Shown here: in pieces, positions 24,446 through 38,099 of the stretch
How the letters are laid out: the number at the start of each line of letters is the position of its first letter
How positions within the stretch are numbered: position 1 is the stretch's first letter
Translations under genes and position numbers: made by a program
The notes under the pieces: generated by a model
Seen by the model: only the letters and a program-made list of their open reading frames with translations
Databases searched by the model: none
What the model was told of the DNA's origin: nothing
Source: Mustelus asterias
Lineage: Eukaryota
DNA length: 64,000 bases
Reading direction: 5' to 3'
Assembly: GCF_964213995.1 (NCBI RefSeq)
Contig: NW_027590151.1
Span: forward strand, 558,001-622,000

Positions 24446-26694
24446 CAATTGTCGACAAGCATGAATATTTTCAGAGACTTTCCCAGCGACTGAAGCTGCA
24501 GGAGATTTCTGCATAAGACAGTTCCAAAAGCACACAGGCATGTGAGAGAAGAAACAATTCCTCTCTTCTTCGCCCTCTTTCCTATCTGTCCCGCAAAGGT
24601 TAAACATTCTGTCAACTTCCACCCTCACACCGCTGTCCCCATCACCCCTCCGACCCTCCCCCCCACCTCCCCCCCCCACCCCCCGCCACCCACCCGCCCA
24701 AAGGATCATATATGTTTCAAAAAATCATCACTCAATCTTCTGTACTCCAATGGACTCTGTCTGATCTTTCCTCGTATCACCCCGTCCCAACTCCTCAATC
24801 CAGTCGAGCGAAATCACTTGCTTCCCCGCCTTAAGAAAGAAAATCTGCGGTCTTTACACCGACTGGCTTCATGTGACTCCTGACACACAGTATTTTTTTA
24901 TTCATTCATGGAACATGGGCGTTTATTGCCCATCTCCAGTTGCCGTTGGAGGGCAGTTGACAGTCAACCACATTGATGTGGCTCTGGACTCACGTGTTGG
25001 CCAAACCAGGTAAGCACGGCAGATTTCCTTCCCCAAAGGACATAGTGACCCAAATGTTTTTTTCTGACAATTGGCAATGATTTCACTGTCATCAGTAGAT
25101 TCGAAATTTCAGATATTTTTATTGGATTGTGTTTCAAACATGGGACCCCAGAACATTAGCTGAGTTTTTGGATTGATACTCTAGCGATAATATTACTCGC
25201 CATTCCCTCCCCTGGTTGACTGTGAACTATCATCTGAGATGGCCATTAGCAAACTGTACTGTTCAAGGGCAATTAACAAGAGCAATACAAAACCAGAAAA
25301 TGCTGGAAAAGCTCTGCAGCTCTGACATCATCTGTGAAGAGAGAATAGTGTTAGCGTTTCGAGTCCGGATGGCCCTGACGAATCGTCATCGAGACTCGAA
25401 ACTTTGGCTCTATTCTCTCTCCGTAGATGCTGTCAGACCCACTGAGATATTCCAGAATGTTTTGTTTTTGTTTTGGATTATAGAATCCGCAGTAATTTGC
25501 ATTTCGGACTAGCAACAATTTTTGGCCTTGCGAATAATACTGATAGCCCAATGAATGAAAATTATTGAGAAAGAATCCAAGAATTAACAAGTTTCTGTTT
25601 AACCGATTCTTCAGGCAGCAACTATTAGTGAATCAAATGAAAGTGTTGCACTCCAGTCAATCCTGTCACTCATCCGGTTCATACATTAAAGAACGAGGCA
25701 ATTCGGCCTAACGAGCGCATGCTTGCTATCTCAATGAGCTAAAAAAAACCGTTGGCACATGTCCCTCGACATGTTATATTTTGGATTTTGTAATCATTCT
25801 CTTTCGAAAGTCACCACGGAAAATGTTTACTCTGGTCTTTGAGACAATGAGTCCCAAACCCTAACAATTGGCAATGTAAACCCGACTTGCTCATCTTCGA
25901 TTCCAGGAACAGTTCTTGCTCCGTCTCTTACACGTGCGCCTTACCAAGCCACCGCGAAATTTTAATATGTATACAGTAACATACAGGCTACTGAGAAGTA
26001 GGAGTTGGTCGCTTGCGGCCTGCTCTGCCAGTAAATAAGATTATGGCCGATCTCATTATAAGCTTCTGCCAACACTGATCACCTTTCACACTCCTTGTTT
26101 ACTAAGAATCGAGCTCCTTCTGCCTTTAAAAATATTGAAAGACTGCTTCCACTGCCTTCTGAGGAAGGGACTTCCAGGGACACATGACCCTCTGAGAGGA
26201 AAACCTCCCCACTCTTCCTCTCCTAAACGTGCGACCCCTTATTTTTAAAGAGTACCCTTGGGGCTTCACTGGAGCATTGCAGCAGGCTAAGGAGGGACTC
26301 GTAGGCAGGGCGAGTGAGGATGAAAACAGGCTTTGCGTTGGAATTCTCGAAATGAGCCACACATTTCTTTTCAGGGAAGAAACCAGCGTGAACGTAAGAG
26401 GCCAAAGTGCAGCATTTCAGACAAAAACAGGAAACGCTGCTTGCATCATGCCAGCCAGTAACTGTGCAAGTGAGAAACCGAGTTAAGGTTTCAGATTGAT
26501 GTCTTTGCATGAGGGCTGGAAGATGTAAGAGATGACGAGTTATTTATTTTCTTCCGCCCTATGTGGTTGCTGCAGCCTCTCGCCTCTTGTCTCACTAAAC
26601 ATTTCAGAAGATAGCTAAATGTCGGCCACATTTCTCTAGGTCTTGTCTCACACATAGTCCAGGTTGTCGGCAGATTTCCTTTCTGAAAGAACAT

Positions 26695-27090
26695 AAAAAC
26701 TAGAAGCAGGAATAGGCCATCTGGCCCTCCGAGCCTGCTCCGCCATTCAATAAGATCATGGCTGATTTTTTCATGGGCTCAGCTCCGCTTACCCGCCCGC
26801 TCACCATAACCCTGAATTCCTTTACTGCTCAAAAATCTATCTTTGCCTTAAAAACGTTTAACGATGTAGCCTCAACTGCTTCACTGGGCAGGGATTTATA
26901 GATTCACAGCCATTTAAGTGAAGAGGTTCCTCCTCAACACAGCCCAAAATCTCCTCATCTTTATTTTGAGATCTTGTCCCTTAGTTCTAATTTCATCTGC
27001 CATGGAAACAACCTCCTTGCTTCTATCTTATCTATTCCTTTCATAATTGTATGCGTTTCTATAAGAACCCCCATTTTCTTCCAAACTCCA
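26695..27090 (-). mobile_element. CR1 3' fragment
   Basis: Antisense CR1 tail (AGAACATAAAAACTAGAAGCAGGAATAGGCCAT...) followed by degraded ORF2 C-terminal sequence. Confidence 0.7.
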
Positions 27091-27604
27091 GTGGGCATTG
27101 GTACAACATTGGTGCGCAGAATGTGCTTTTGCAACAACGGATGACAGTTTTCTTAAGTTCTCTATTATTCAGCCGAATTTTCAATTCTACATTTTTATTA
27201 ATTAAATTTAAATTCCACCTGTTACCGTTGGTGGGATTTGAACTCGTGTTTCCAGAGCACCAGACAATACTTCCCCGAGCCACAGCCATTACCACGATAA
27301 AAACACAAGGGCAATAGATACCTGAGGACACCATCAAAAGGAGATTCACCCTCCAAGTCACTCACCATCCCGACTTGGAAATATATCGGCAGTTCCTTCA
27401 GTACTGCTGGGTCATAATCCTGCAATTGTCAGAATTTTATATCTTTCAATGTGATCTCCCATTCTTCAGAATTTAATTGAATGCACACCTCAATCTCTCC
27501 TCAAAGGACAATGCTTAAATCCCAAGTATCAGTCTGGTGAACTTTTGGTGCACCCCATCTATAACAAGTATGTTCTTTCTCGCCTTCCTATCTAAACCCA
27601 GATT

Positions 27605-27890
27605 GGCGGGACATTAACATAGTGGTTAGCACTGCTGCATCATAGCACCAGGGACCCGGGTTCGATTCCTGACTTGGGTCACTATCTGTGCGAAGTGTGC
27701 ATGTTGTCCCCGTGTCTGCTCCGGTTTCCTCCTGCAGTCTGAAAGATGTACTGGTTAGGTGCATTGACCAAGCTAAATTCTACATCAATGCACTGGAACA
27801 GGCGCCGGAGTGTGACGACTAGAGGATTTTCACAGTGACATTATTTCAGTATTAATGTAAGCCTACTTGTGACACAAATAAATAAACTTA
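27605..27890 (+). mobile_element. HE1-type SINE
   Basis: GTGGTTAGCACTGCTGC...GACCCGGGTTCGATTCC core with AATAAA tail. Confidence 0.75.
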
Positions 27891-28123
27891 AAAGTTATTG
27901 CTGAATGCAAAAATTCAAATTGCATTCGGTGCACTGAGGGTGCTGGGTGGGGAATTGGATTGAACCCGTGTGCCCATAATATTAGTCTGGGACTCTCCAG
28001 TGACATGGTCATTGTCCTACGATCTCCACCTTCCAAATATGTTATTCAGATTTCAATTAATTATTGAGCAACCTATATGAATGCATGAACATTTCTGTTT
28101 CAGTGTCCAGATGCGCCCTACGT

Positions 28124-28137
28124 CCGCCCCCTGCTGA
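28124..28137 (-). promoter_or_regulatory. CTCF-like motif
   Basis: Reverse complement TCAGCAGGGGGCGG matches the CCASYAGRKGGCRS core at 13/14 positions. Confidence 0.5.
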
Positions 28138-28499
28138 CTGCCCATTGCACAGCGGGAACAGGCGGATGCCACGATTCTCTCTGTCTTTCCTCTGGATGAC
28201 CAGAGGTGCAGAAAATAATACAACTCAAACATTAGGCTGCAAACGGCAAGAACCAAAAGTACAACTGCAGAGTCCAAAAGCAGAAAGAAAGGCACATTCT
28301 GGGCTGTTTCGACGGTTTCAGGACATGGAAATTAATCTGTTCTTATGTGTGCTGTAGATTTGAACCTAACGGCTCAGCGCTGAAAGAGTTAATCGAAAAG
28401 TGAGCATGCGATGAGCAGGAGCTACTGTAAATGCTTTAGTGCAAGGGAGCCCCATCAGTAAGACCAGAACCTTGCAGTCATGGAGTATAGTGAGGAATC

Positions 28500-29275
28500 T
28501 CACTCACTCTCTCTCTCTCTCTCACTCTCTCTCACGCACACATACTCTCACACACGCACATACACACACTCAAATAAACACGCACACAGAAAAACGCACA
28601 GTCAGACATGCACACACACTCAGGTAAACGCGCACACACACTCAGACAATCAGAAACAAACACACATACAAACACGCACCCAAACGCTCAGACAAATACA
28701 CGCACACAAACACACACCCATAGGCATACACACACACTCAGAGAAAAATGCAAACTCTCTGAGACAAAAGCTGACACACACAAACACAGACGTCGACAAA
28801 GACACACAGATTACCTCAGGAAAAATAACACACACATATACACACGCACACACACAGATACATACATGCACACAAGCACACGCATAGATACACACACTGT
28901 CAGATAAACACACACACAGGCACGCACACACATTGACAAGCAAACACAAACACACACTCTCAGACAACACAAATATACACACACTCAAACAAGCACATAG
29001 AAACACACACACTCTCATAGAGCAGACACAAATGCTCAGACAAATTCAGACACACATACACACACGCTGCCTTTCAGCTAAATACACACACTCAGACAAA
29101 CACAAACACAGACACACACAAACAGAATCTCAGAAATCATACGCACGGATACACCCACACAGAGCCCCAGACAGACACACACACATGCAGTATCAAAAGA
29201 ACATGCAGAGAAAGATATACACTGTTGCTCAGCGAAAACAAAAAACATACACAGACCCACACACACAGAAACAGA
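28500..29275. repeat. Degenerate (CA)-rich low-complexity tract
   Basis: Directly visible. It produces spurious HT/CV-rich ORFs. Confidence 0.9.
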
Positions 29276-29289
29276 AAAAATAGAAACCG

Positions 29290-30960
29290 GAAAAGGTCTT
29301 TCGGCCTTTCGAGCCTTCTTCGCCACTTGTTATGATCATGGTTGATCGTCAAATTCAATATCCTGATCGTGCCTTCCCTCCAAATCCCTTGATCCCTTTA
29401 GCCCCAAGAGCTATATCTAATTTCTTCTTGAAATCCAGCAACGTTTTGGTCATAATCACTTGCTGTGGTAGTGAATTACACAGATTCACCACTGTCTGGA
29501 TGATGAAGTTTCTCTTCACCTCAGTTCTAAAGGTTTTACCCCTTATCCTCAAACTATGACCCCCTGGTTCTGGACTCCCCAGCCGTCTGGGATATTCTTC
29601 CTGAATTTACCCTCATACTTTTAGATTTTTATCAGTCTCTATGAGATTCCCTCTCACTCTTCTAAACTCCAAATAATTTAATCCTAACTGACTTCGTCTC
29701 TCTTCACACGACAGACCAGGAATCAGTCTGGTAAATCTTCACTGCCCTCGCTCTGCAGTCAGGACATCCTTCCTCAGATAAGGACACCAACACTGCACAC
29801 AGTACTCCAGTTGTGGGCTCACCAATGCCCTATAAAATTGCAGTAAAATATCCCTATCCTTATACTCAAATCCTGTCGTTATGAAGGCCAGCATACCACT
29901 TGCCTTCTTTACCGCCTGCTGAACCTGTGGTGCTTTCTTTCAGCGCCAATACACGTGGATGCTAAGCTTTCGCTGAATATTCACCTATTTATTCAAATAA
30001 TAATCTGCCGTCCTATTGTTGCTACCGAAGTGGATGATCTCGCATTTGCCCACAGTATACTGCATCTTCTATGCATATGCCCATTCACTCTGCCTGTTTA
30101 AATCACGCTGAAGCATCGCTGCATCCTTCTCAGAGCTCAGCCTCTCACCTAACTTTGCGTCACCTGCAAATTGGAGAAAACACATTTAGTTCCCTCTTTG
30201 AAATCAATTATACACAACATGAACAGTTGGGCTCCTAGCATGGATCCCTGCGGTACCCCACTGGTCACTACCAGCCAATTGGAAAAACACTCATTTCTAC
30301 CAACTCTTTGCTTCCTATCTGCTAAGCAGCTTTCTATCCAGCTCAAGACACTATCCAGGCCACTTTTATGGTCGTACGCTATATGAGACCTTACCGAAAG
30401 CCTTTTAAAGTCTAAATAACCCATACCCACCAGTTTTCCTTGGTCACCTCTACTAGTTACATTCTCACACAATTCCAATAGATTTGCCAAGCATGATTTC
30501 CCCTTTGCAAATCCATGTTTACTTGGTCTGATTTTACCACTGCCTTCCAAATGCTGAGTTATGAAATCCTTAATAATTGATTCGAGCAATTTCCTAGTTC
30601 TAATGTTCGGCTCTTTGCCTTATGCTTCACCTTATTTCTCTCTACGTCCCTTTTCGAATGGCGGGCGTATATTAGCTACCCTCCAATCTGTAGCGTCCAG
30701 TTTAGAGTCTAAATATTTTTTCGAAAATGCCCACAAATGGATCAACTATTTGTTATGTTTCCCGCCTTCTTACTTTCATACGCTATTTTTTCCCTTCCTA
30801 ATCAATTCCTGGGTCTTTTTGTGCTGAATTGAAACTGCTCCAAATTCTCACGTCTATGGATTTATTTGCCAATTTGGATGTTTCTTCTTCCCTTGTAAGC
30901 GATGGCTTGGCCACAGTTCCCTTACCAGTCTTCCACATCCTATGTGCTAATATCTTACTT
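29290..30960 (-). mobile_element. Degraded CR1 LINE
   Basis: ORFs 29355-29552 and 30149-30589 carry CR1 motifs (KSCLANLLE, GVPQGS). Confidence 0.85.
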
Positions 30961-30967
30961 CAATATC

Positions 30968-31285
30968 ACATAGGATCCCTACAGTGCAGAAGGAGGCCAT
31001 TCGGATTATTGAGTCTGCACCGACCACAATCCCAGGCCCTATTTCCGTAACCCAAATTATTTACCCTGTCAATCCCCTGACACGAGGGTCAATTTCGCAT
31101 GGCCAATCAAGCTAACCCACACATCTTTGGACTATGGGAGGAAACCGAGGCACCCGGAGGAAACCCACGCAGACACCGGGAGAATGTGCCAACTCCACAT
31201 AGGCAGTGATCCGAGGTCGGAATTGTACCCGGGACCCTGTCACTGAGGCAGCAGTGCTAACCACTCTGCCACCGTGCTGCCCCGC
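30968..31285 (-). mobile_element. HE1-type SINE
   Basis: Reverse complement of the full SINE, including head GGGGCAGCACGGTGGC. Confidence 0.85.
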
Positions 31286-31439
31286 TTTAAGAAACAATGT
31301 ACTCCATTTTTTTTGTTTTCTGTCTGTCCTTCCTAAACATCGAATGGCCCTCAATGTTTAGTTCCCATCCTTGCTAACCTTGGAGCCATGTCACCATAAT
31401 GCCAAGTATATCATACATTTTGATATATTTCAAATGTTC

Positions 31440-33065
31440 ACACACACACACACAATCCGAGACCAACACACATACACATACACAACACATACACATACAC
31501 AACACATACACATGCACAACACATACACATGCACAACACACACACACACATACACACATTCAGAAAAACACACAAGATCTGAGACAAGCAGACACAAGCA
31601 AACTCGCAAACGCATACACACATACAGACACACACACCTCTGAAAAACACACACACACACACACAAACAGACAAATGGGCGGCACGGTAGCGCAGTGGTT
31701 AGCACTGCTGCTTCACAGCTCCAGGGACCTGGGTTCGATTCCCGGCTTGGGTCACTGTCTGTGTGGAGTCTGCACATTCTCCACGTATCTGCGTGGGTTT
31801 CCTCCGGGTGCTCCGGTTTCCTCCCACAGTCCAAAGATATGCGGGTTAGATTAATTGGCCATGCTAAAAATTGCCCCTTAGTGTCCTGAGATGCGTCGGT
31901 TAGAGGGATTAGTGGGTAAATATGTAGGGATGTGGGGGTAGGGCCTGGGTGGGATTGTGATCGGTGCAGACTCGATGGGCCGAATGGCCTCTTTCTGTAC
32001 TGAAGGGTTTCTATGATTTCTATGAAACAGTCACGAGCACACACACACACAGAAACACACACACAGGATCTCACAAAAACCGATACAGGCAAACTCGCAC
32101 ACACAGGCCCATACACGGATATACTCGCTCAGACAAACACACGCACGCACCCACAGGTACACACGCACACACATACTTTCTCTCTCTTTCAGACACACAG
32201 ACACACTGTCAGACAAATACATGCACACACACACAGACAACCACACAGATACAAACACACACACGCATTTAGACAAGGACAGAAAACATACACGCAAACA
32301 CACAGGCAAATGCAGGCACACGTATTTCTTAGACGGACAGACACAGGACAACTCGCAAACACAGAGACACTCTCAGAAAAACACAGGCACACAGTCACAG
32401 ACAAAGATACAATCACAAGAACACACTCAGACAAACACACACAAGCAAACTCTTGCACACAGCCATATACAGAGAAAAATTCAGACAAAGAAAACATACA
32501 CTCTCAGACATGCATGCACACACACAGTCACACTCGCTGGCAAATATACACACACAGACCCACACACAGCTGTACTATCAAACGAACACACAGGCACACA
32601 CATACAAATTCACTCTGATGCAAACACACAGATACACACAATCTCTCAGACAAAACACACACACTTAGAGACAAACACATAAGCACTCAGTCAAACACTC
32701 AGACATACATACAATCACAGAAAAACATATAGGCACAAACACCCAGGCAAACACAGTCACGCACACAGAAACACACGCACACAGTCCAACATAGGCACAC
32801 ATATGATCTCAGTCAAGCAACATAGGCAAGGTTGTAAACTCACAGACACACACTTTCAGCATAATACACACACATACACACACATGAACAAACAAGTAAA
32901 CAGACACAAGCACACGCACAGACACACACACACACACAGACTCAGGCAAAAACAGTCACGATCTGAGAGAAATAGACACAAGCAAAGTCGCACATACGGA
33001 CACATACTAATAAATACTCAGACAAAAGCAAACACACACACACTCTCAGATAAACACAGAGACAA
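31440..33065. repeat. Degenerate (CA)-rich tract with a nested HE1-type SINE (31677-32025, +)
   Basis: CA-rich sequence is directly visible. The SINE begins GGGCGGCACGGTAGCGCAGTGG at 31677 and ends CTATGATTTCTATGA. Confidence 0.9.
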
Positions 33066-34429
33066 ACCAAAAGAAATCAAGATGGCGTCGGACCATAGCG
33101 ACTTATTGCATGCAGTGCCCCGCATCTCTCTAATGCTATCTTTTACTCTCGGTCTTTGCTTCTAAAACTCTATTCTATTTCTTTTGAAATCTATAATAAT
33201 GCTTTAATTAAACTGACCTTTCTCTACACCCTAGCTATGACTGTAACATTACATTCTGCAATCTCTCCTTTCCTTCTCTATCTGCGTGTAATGCCGTGTT
33301 TTTGAAACCTACTTTTCCACTCACGTAATGAAGGAGCAGCGCTCCGAAAGCTCGTGAATCCAAATAAACCTTAACCTGGCGTTTTGAGACTTCTTACTGT
33401 TCTCTATGTGCGGTATGGGTTTTTTGTATAGCGCGCAAGAAACAATACTTTTCACTGTATACTAATACACATGACAATAATAAATCAAATACAACAAAAT
33501 CAAAAACATATACTCTCAGAAGAACACACAGAGACACACACACACAGACATACACACTATTCCGGACAGTCTCACAAACACAGAGACAGAGAGAGACCAT
33601 AAAGTGTTGATGTCAATTTCAGTTTACTCAACCTGCTGGGTAACGGAAGCAAACTTAAAACGGGTGTGTGGGTTTTATTGTGTAATGAGATAATGTATAA
33701 ATGTATCACCGTAGCCCAGAGTGGGGTTGTAGTTGATCATTTATCTGCTGTCTGTATCCCTGAACAAATGTCAAATTGGAGAGGTTATCAAGTTTATATT
33801 ATAATGTAATGATGTGAAACATGTGGGAGAAGAATTGGTGTGATAAAAGGTGGAAAACAAACTTGGGGAATGAGACTGAAGCTGCTGTGCAGACTGAATA
33901 GTTCTTGTTGTGTGAATGGAGGGACACATGTAGGGACGGATGGAGGGAGGAAGGGATGGACAGATCGAGGGACCGATCGAGGGAGGGAGCAATGGATGGA
34001 GGGATGGATGGGGGTGACCTGGGGGAAGTCATTGGGCAGAGACTACGCTAGCTGCTGTTTCCCCTCCTGGCGCCAGGGGTCACTGGGACACTCCCTGCAG
34101 CTGCTGCTGCTGCTGCTGCTCCTCACAATGTCACATCTTGGCCGTACCCTGGACCAGCTGCAGCTCTTTGGCGGAACATCAGGAGCCAGTGGTGGGGAAG
34201 GGCTGGCCGTCCTATTTCAGTGACGTCACCACCAGCCCCGACACCCGCCATTTATTTTAAGAAAAAGAACGACTGTTCAGGAATGGAGAAAGTGACTGAA
34301 ATTCTGAACGAGACAGGCCACCGGGAGGTGATTTATATGTAAATAAAAATACAATTATTAATTTAATATGAAAGATGCCGAAGGCGAAACTGCACATGCG
34401 CCGTATGTTCTCTGCGGGAAGATGGATAC

Positions 34430-34830
34430 AGAACAGGTTTAGCCATAGGAGACAGAGGGTAGCGGTAGAGGGGTGATTTTCTGACTGGAAGGCCGTGACT
34501 AGCCATGATCCACAGGGATCAGTTCCGGAACCTTTGCTGTTCGTAGTATATGTAAATGATTTGGAGGAAAATGTAACTGGTATAATTGTAAGTTCACAGA
34601 CGACACAAAATTTTGTGGAGTTGCGGAGAGTGAAGAGGATTGTCAGAGGATACAGCTACTGCAAAAGATAAACCGGTTGGAGACTGGGGCGGAAAAATGG
34701 CAGATGGAGTTTATTCTGGAGAAGTGTGAGATAATGCATTTTGGAAGGTCCAATGCATGTCGGGATTATATAGGAAAGGTAGAACCCTTAGGAGTATTGA
34801 TAAGCAGAGAGATCTCGACGTACATCCAGC
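34430..34830 (+). mobile_element. CR1 RT fragment
   Basis: Degraded PQGS..GPLLF, (F)xDDTK and WQMEF..KCE motifs. Confidence 0.75.
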
Positions 34831-35469
34831 GATCACTGATAACATCAAAGGACAGTGGCTGAATGACATAATCTCCAAGGTTCAAACCCGAAAAAAAGAA
34901 ATAAGACGGTAGTGGGTTTAAATTTGTGATTCAAACCATGCTTGCGAACAGAGAGAAAATGTGCGACATGTTTTGTCCACAATTCCCAGTCTGGTGAGGT
35001 GACTGCGAGTAAATGGAAGAACACTGAACTGGGATACAATTAATGTCCTTATCGGGGCAAGGTGTCCTTTGGTGTTATTCACATCAGAAGAAAATCCTGA
35101 TCTAGTTATGGTAAGGCAGAGATTCTGGCCCGTAAAAGGTGTCAGGAAACAACAAAGCTCTAAAATTACGCTCGAAATGACAGTGGCATTGTGGGGAAAT
35201 TCAGTAATATTCGCAAAAAAGCATTCACACACTCGCTGTGTGCCGACTGTGATCAAATGGATCGAGAAACGGAAAGGGGAGATGGGAAAGGGCTGGCCAA
35301 TAATTGATACAGTCTAGGAAATAACACCAAAGACAAAATGTCAGCTGACGCACCACCAACTCACTTTGGTGAGTGCCTTCGCTCGGAATTATAATCCATT
35401 TCTGTTACTCTCACTGTTTTACGGGTGAGCGCGCCCTCTGCTGATCACTAACTGGAACTATCAGTGCGG

Positions 35470-35747
35470 TGCTTTTGTCCGGGATCCGCTCTAACTCTGC
35501 AGCAGAAACACAATCGGAGAGAAGCGTCCTGGTGACATTTGAGGAACAGTGTTCCCTTGTACAATGTAGGCAATATTTTTCCACATCCTCCGCGCTATAA
35601 ATCCTCATTAAATACCTCGGAGTTTGGCTGGGATACAGGAACAGAGTAGGGAGAGTAGCTGTCGAGTATTTACAATCCAGCATTATGCTCTGTGCTTGGA
35701 GAATCCTTAATTCAGATTGATCATTGGACACAGAATCATCACTATTT
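35470..35747 (-). pseudogene. TCR alpha/delta V pseudogene (same family as the V at 54.2 kb)
   Basis: Acceptor TTGTTGCAG, then NSDDSVSNDQSELRILQAQSIMLDCKYSTATLPTLFLYPSQTPRYLM. The conserved Trp is lost, FR3 has deletions and the heptamer is deleted. A spacer and nonamer remnant ACAAAAGCA remains at 35478-35470. Confidence 0.85.
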
Positions 35748-36844
35748 CTGCAACAAAACACAGAATGAATCAAATATCTGGGAGTGAAAATAACACTTGG
35801 AACAAATATTCCCCATTTTTTAGTTCGTATTTGTCTGTTTTGCTGCAGCTGTTCTCTGATTGTATCTTCCTCTAAATCTATTCCTGATTCATTCATTTAT
35901 ATCACCGGTTCTTGCTCTGCTTAACTCCAGGTCTCGCCTCCAATTCCAATTATTCAATCCCTCTTGTTTTCTTCCCATATCTCCACCTACATTTCTCCCT
36001 TGTCTCTCCCTTACAGGTTTCAATAACAGATATCCCGCATAATGGGCCATCAGCTGGTGCTCAGGTCCATCGTAATGTTTTGATACTTTGAAAAAATCCC
36101 AGTGGTCATTTTACATTCCACTCCATGGAAGTACTCCAGAATGTGATGCATGTTGCTGTTGTAAGGAGTGAGATTAATCAACAACTTGCAGCCAATACAC
36201 ATAGTACAAATCATGTATATCCAACGCCCAACATATCGACAGACATGTCAAACACTCCCGCATTAATATCAAATATTAGTTTCCACACCAAATGCCGTTA
36301 TTAGTCATTTCCTTGGATATAACGAAACACAGGAGGAATTGCAACATTAAACCGACAGGAATGTTCTCGGTGCCAATATGAAATAATGGATGTCTATGTG
36401 TACATACGATAGGGGAGATCTGAAATAAAAACAGAAAATTGCTGGAAAGACTCTGTGGAGAGAGAAACTGAGCTAAACATTTGCGACTTTGAAACTCCGA
36501 GTTGGCTGAGCAAAGGAGATAATTCTGCCTTTTACTGAAAAGGATATATGAAAATTCTGTCCCAAGGCAACTTATCGAAAACCACACATCAGTGTTGCAT
36601 TTCTACTTTGTCCTCGGTGACGATATGAAAGATATTTACCATGGAAGTAATATATATGATTACGTATTCCATTAAACCTCCATTGACGTCATTCTCCTTT
36701 AATATTCTGGATCGAGGGAATGCAGAAACCAGGAAACGGCAATTAGTGGAATTGCAGCTTCCCGTTTTGATTTTAAGTGAGCAATTTTTGAAGGAGAGTG
36801 TTGACCATAAAAAACAACTTTTTTTTGCATGGACAATTATCGGT

Positions 36845-37132
36845 GGAGTGTCTGCGATCTCTCAATCACAGCAGATATTAACACAAGACAGACAATCGAT
36901 TGAAATCCAGTGAAATACAATCACCTGATGCCCTGAGAGCATCCGCTCGTTCAGCATGCAACAGAACCGTGGCCTGAAATTTGTCATTTCATCTGTTAGC
37001 AGAAACACCACAGACTCTTCAAACTCTTCGTTCACTCAACAAGACCTTTGTCCAGTCCTAATGGAGACAGCACATCGGTATCAGGCGCTGGGGTGTGTTA
37101 CTGTGTCAGTGAGTCACTGAGACACAAAACCC
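36845..37132 (+). pseudogene. Highly decayed V relic
   Basis: ISQSQQILTQDRQSIEIQ* (stop at the expected first Cys), then QQNRGLKFVI (FR2-like), SGAGVCYCV (DxxxYYC-like) and a nonamer-like ACAAAACCC near 37124. Confidence 0.45.
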
Positions 37133-37164
37133 GAACGTAGCAGATAAACTATCCAGTTATATCC

Positions 37165-38012
37165 CGAGGTGATGAGAAGCTTTTTTTATTGGTCGTGGTT
37201 CATCCTGAGCAACTCCGTGACGAAGGACTCTGTGCTCTACGGGCTGTTCCCAGGGACAAACCGAGACAAGCACCAATTGCTGTTGGAGAATTTTCAACTG
37301 GGTAAAATACACCATTTGCCTTCCCGAAACCAGTTGATCTTCATGTGCAAAGAATTGTCCTCGATCGAGTGTTGCAGACAACACATTCCAGGGCACAGGG
37401 CTACCGATTGAGGGACGCACTAAACCTTGGGGCTGTTGCTGCAAAGGCGCAATGAGGAAAACTGCGATCTTTCGACCATTGTGATCTGAGGGGAGCAGAA
37501 CTCTATATGAACGCCCCGTGCTGTTGGACTCACATTGAATGAATGCAGTGAATATTACACGTCTCGCAATTCTACTGAAGCACCTGAGAGTGTAACTTGT
37601 TCAATGTAGACAACCTAAATAACATCGCCCCTCCTGTATTGACGATCTTGAAATATGTATTATGTTCCATTGATTGCACTGAAGCTCTTCAATGTGCAAC
37701 ATTATCTTTGCAGAAAACTTCAGTATCACTGCACTTTCTGAAATGACCATTTTGCAACGTTCTGTAATGTTTCATTGAATGCGTTGAAGCGCGTCAGAGT
37801 GCAAAATTATCTGTGTCCGAAACCTAAACGTTATTGCACTTTCTGTAAAAACCGTTCTGAAAAATTCTGTAATGTTCCTTTAATTATACACAGAGTGCAA
37901 CAGCTTTATTGTCGAAACCTTGAATGTTATTGCACTTGTTGTTATGGCCATTTTGAAGTATTTTGTAATGTTCTTTCAGATACTTTATGAATAAGTTTTC
38001 TTTTGGAAAAAA
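37165..38012 (+). mobile_element. 3' end of a Tx1/L1-type non-LTR retrotransposon with 3'UTR
   Basis: Peptides SVTKDSVLYGLFPGT, RNQLIF..KELSSIECCR and DALNLGAVAAKAQ resemble fish Tx1 ORF2 C-termini (recognised from memory). An AT-rich UTR ends ...ATGAATAAGTTTTCTTTTGGAAAAAA. Confidence 0.65.
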
Positions 38013-38099
38013 GCACAACGTCCCAGTTTGCGAGTTCACAATCCTCACAGCTGTCACTGCTCCCTTCAGTAAGTTGACTACATTGTGAACTACTGGTGA

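Noticed and set aside
26403-26429. Lone RSS-like CAAAGTG-11bp-ACAAAAACA
   Set aside because: Heptamer lacks CAC, the spacer is 11 bp, and there is no adjacent coding segment.
28439-33165. Long His/Thr- or Cys/Val-rich ORFs
   Set aside because: They are translations of CA/GT low-complexity repeats.
33840-34223. ORF with poly-Leu resembling a signal peptide
   Set aside because: Poly-Leu derives from a (CTG)n run, the ORF starts in a GGAT/GGGA repeat, and there is no splice structure or V exon.
35338-35374. ATG...G|GTGAGT as a V leader exon
   Set aside because: Only 10 codons, not hydrophobic, and no matching + strand V exon nearby.
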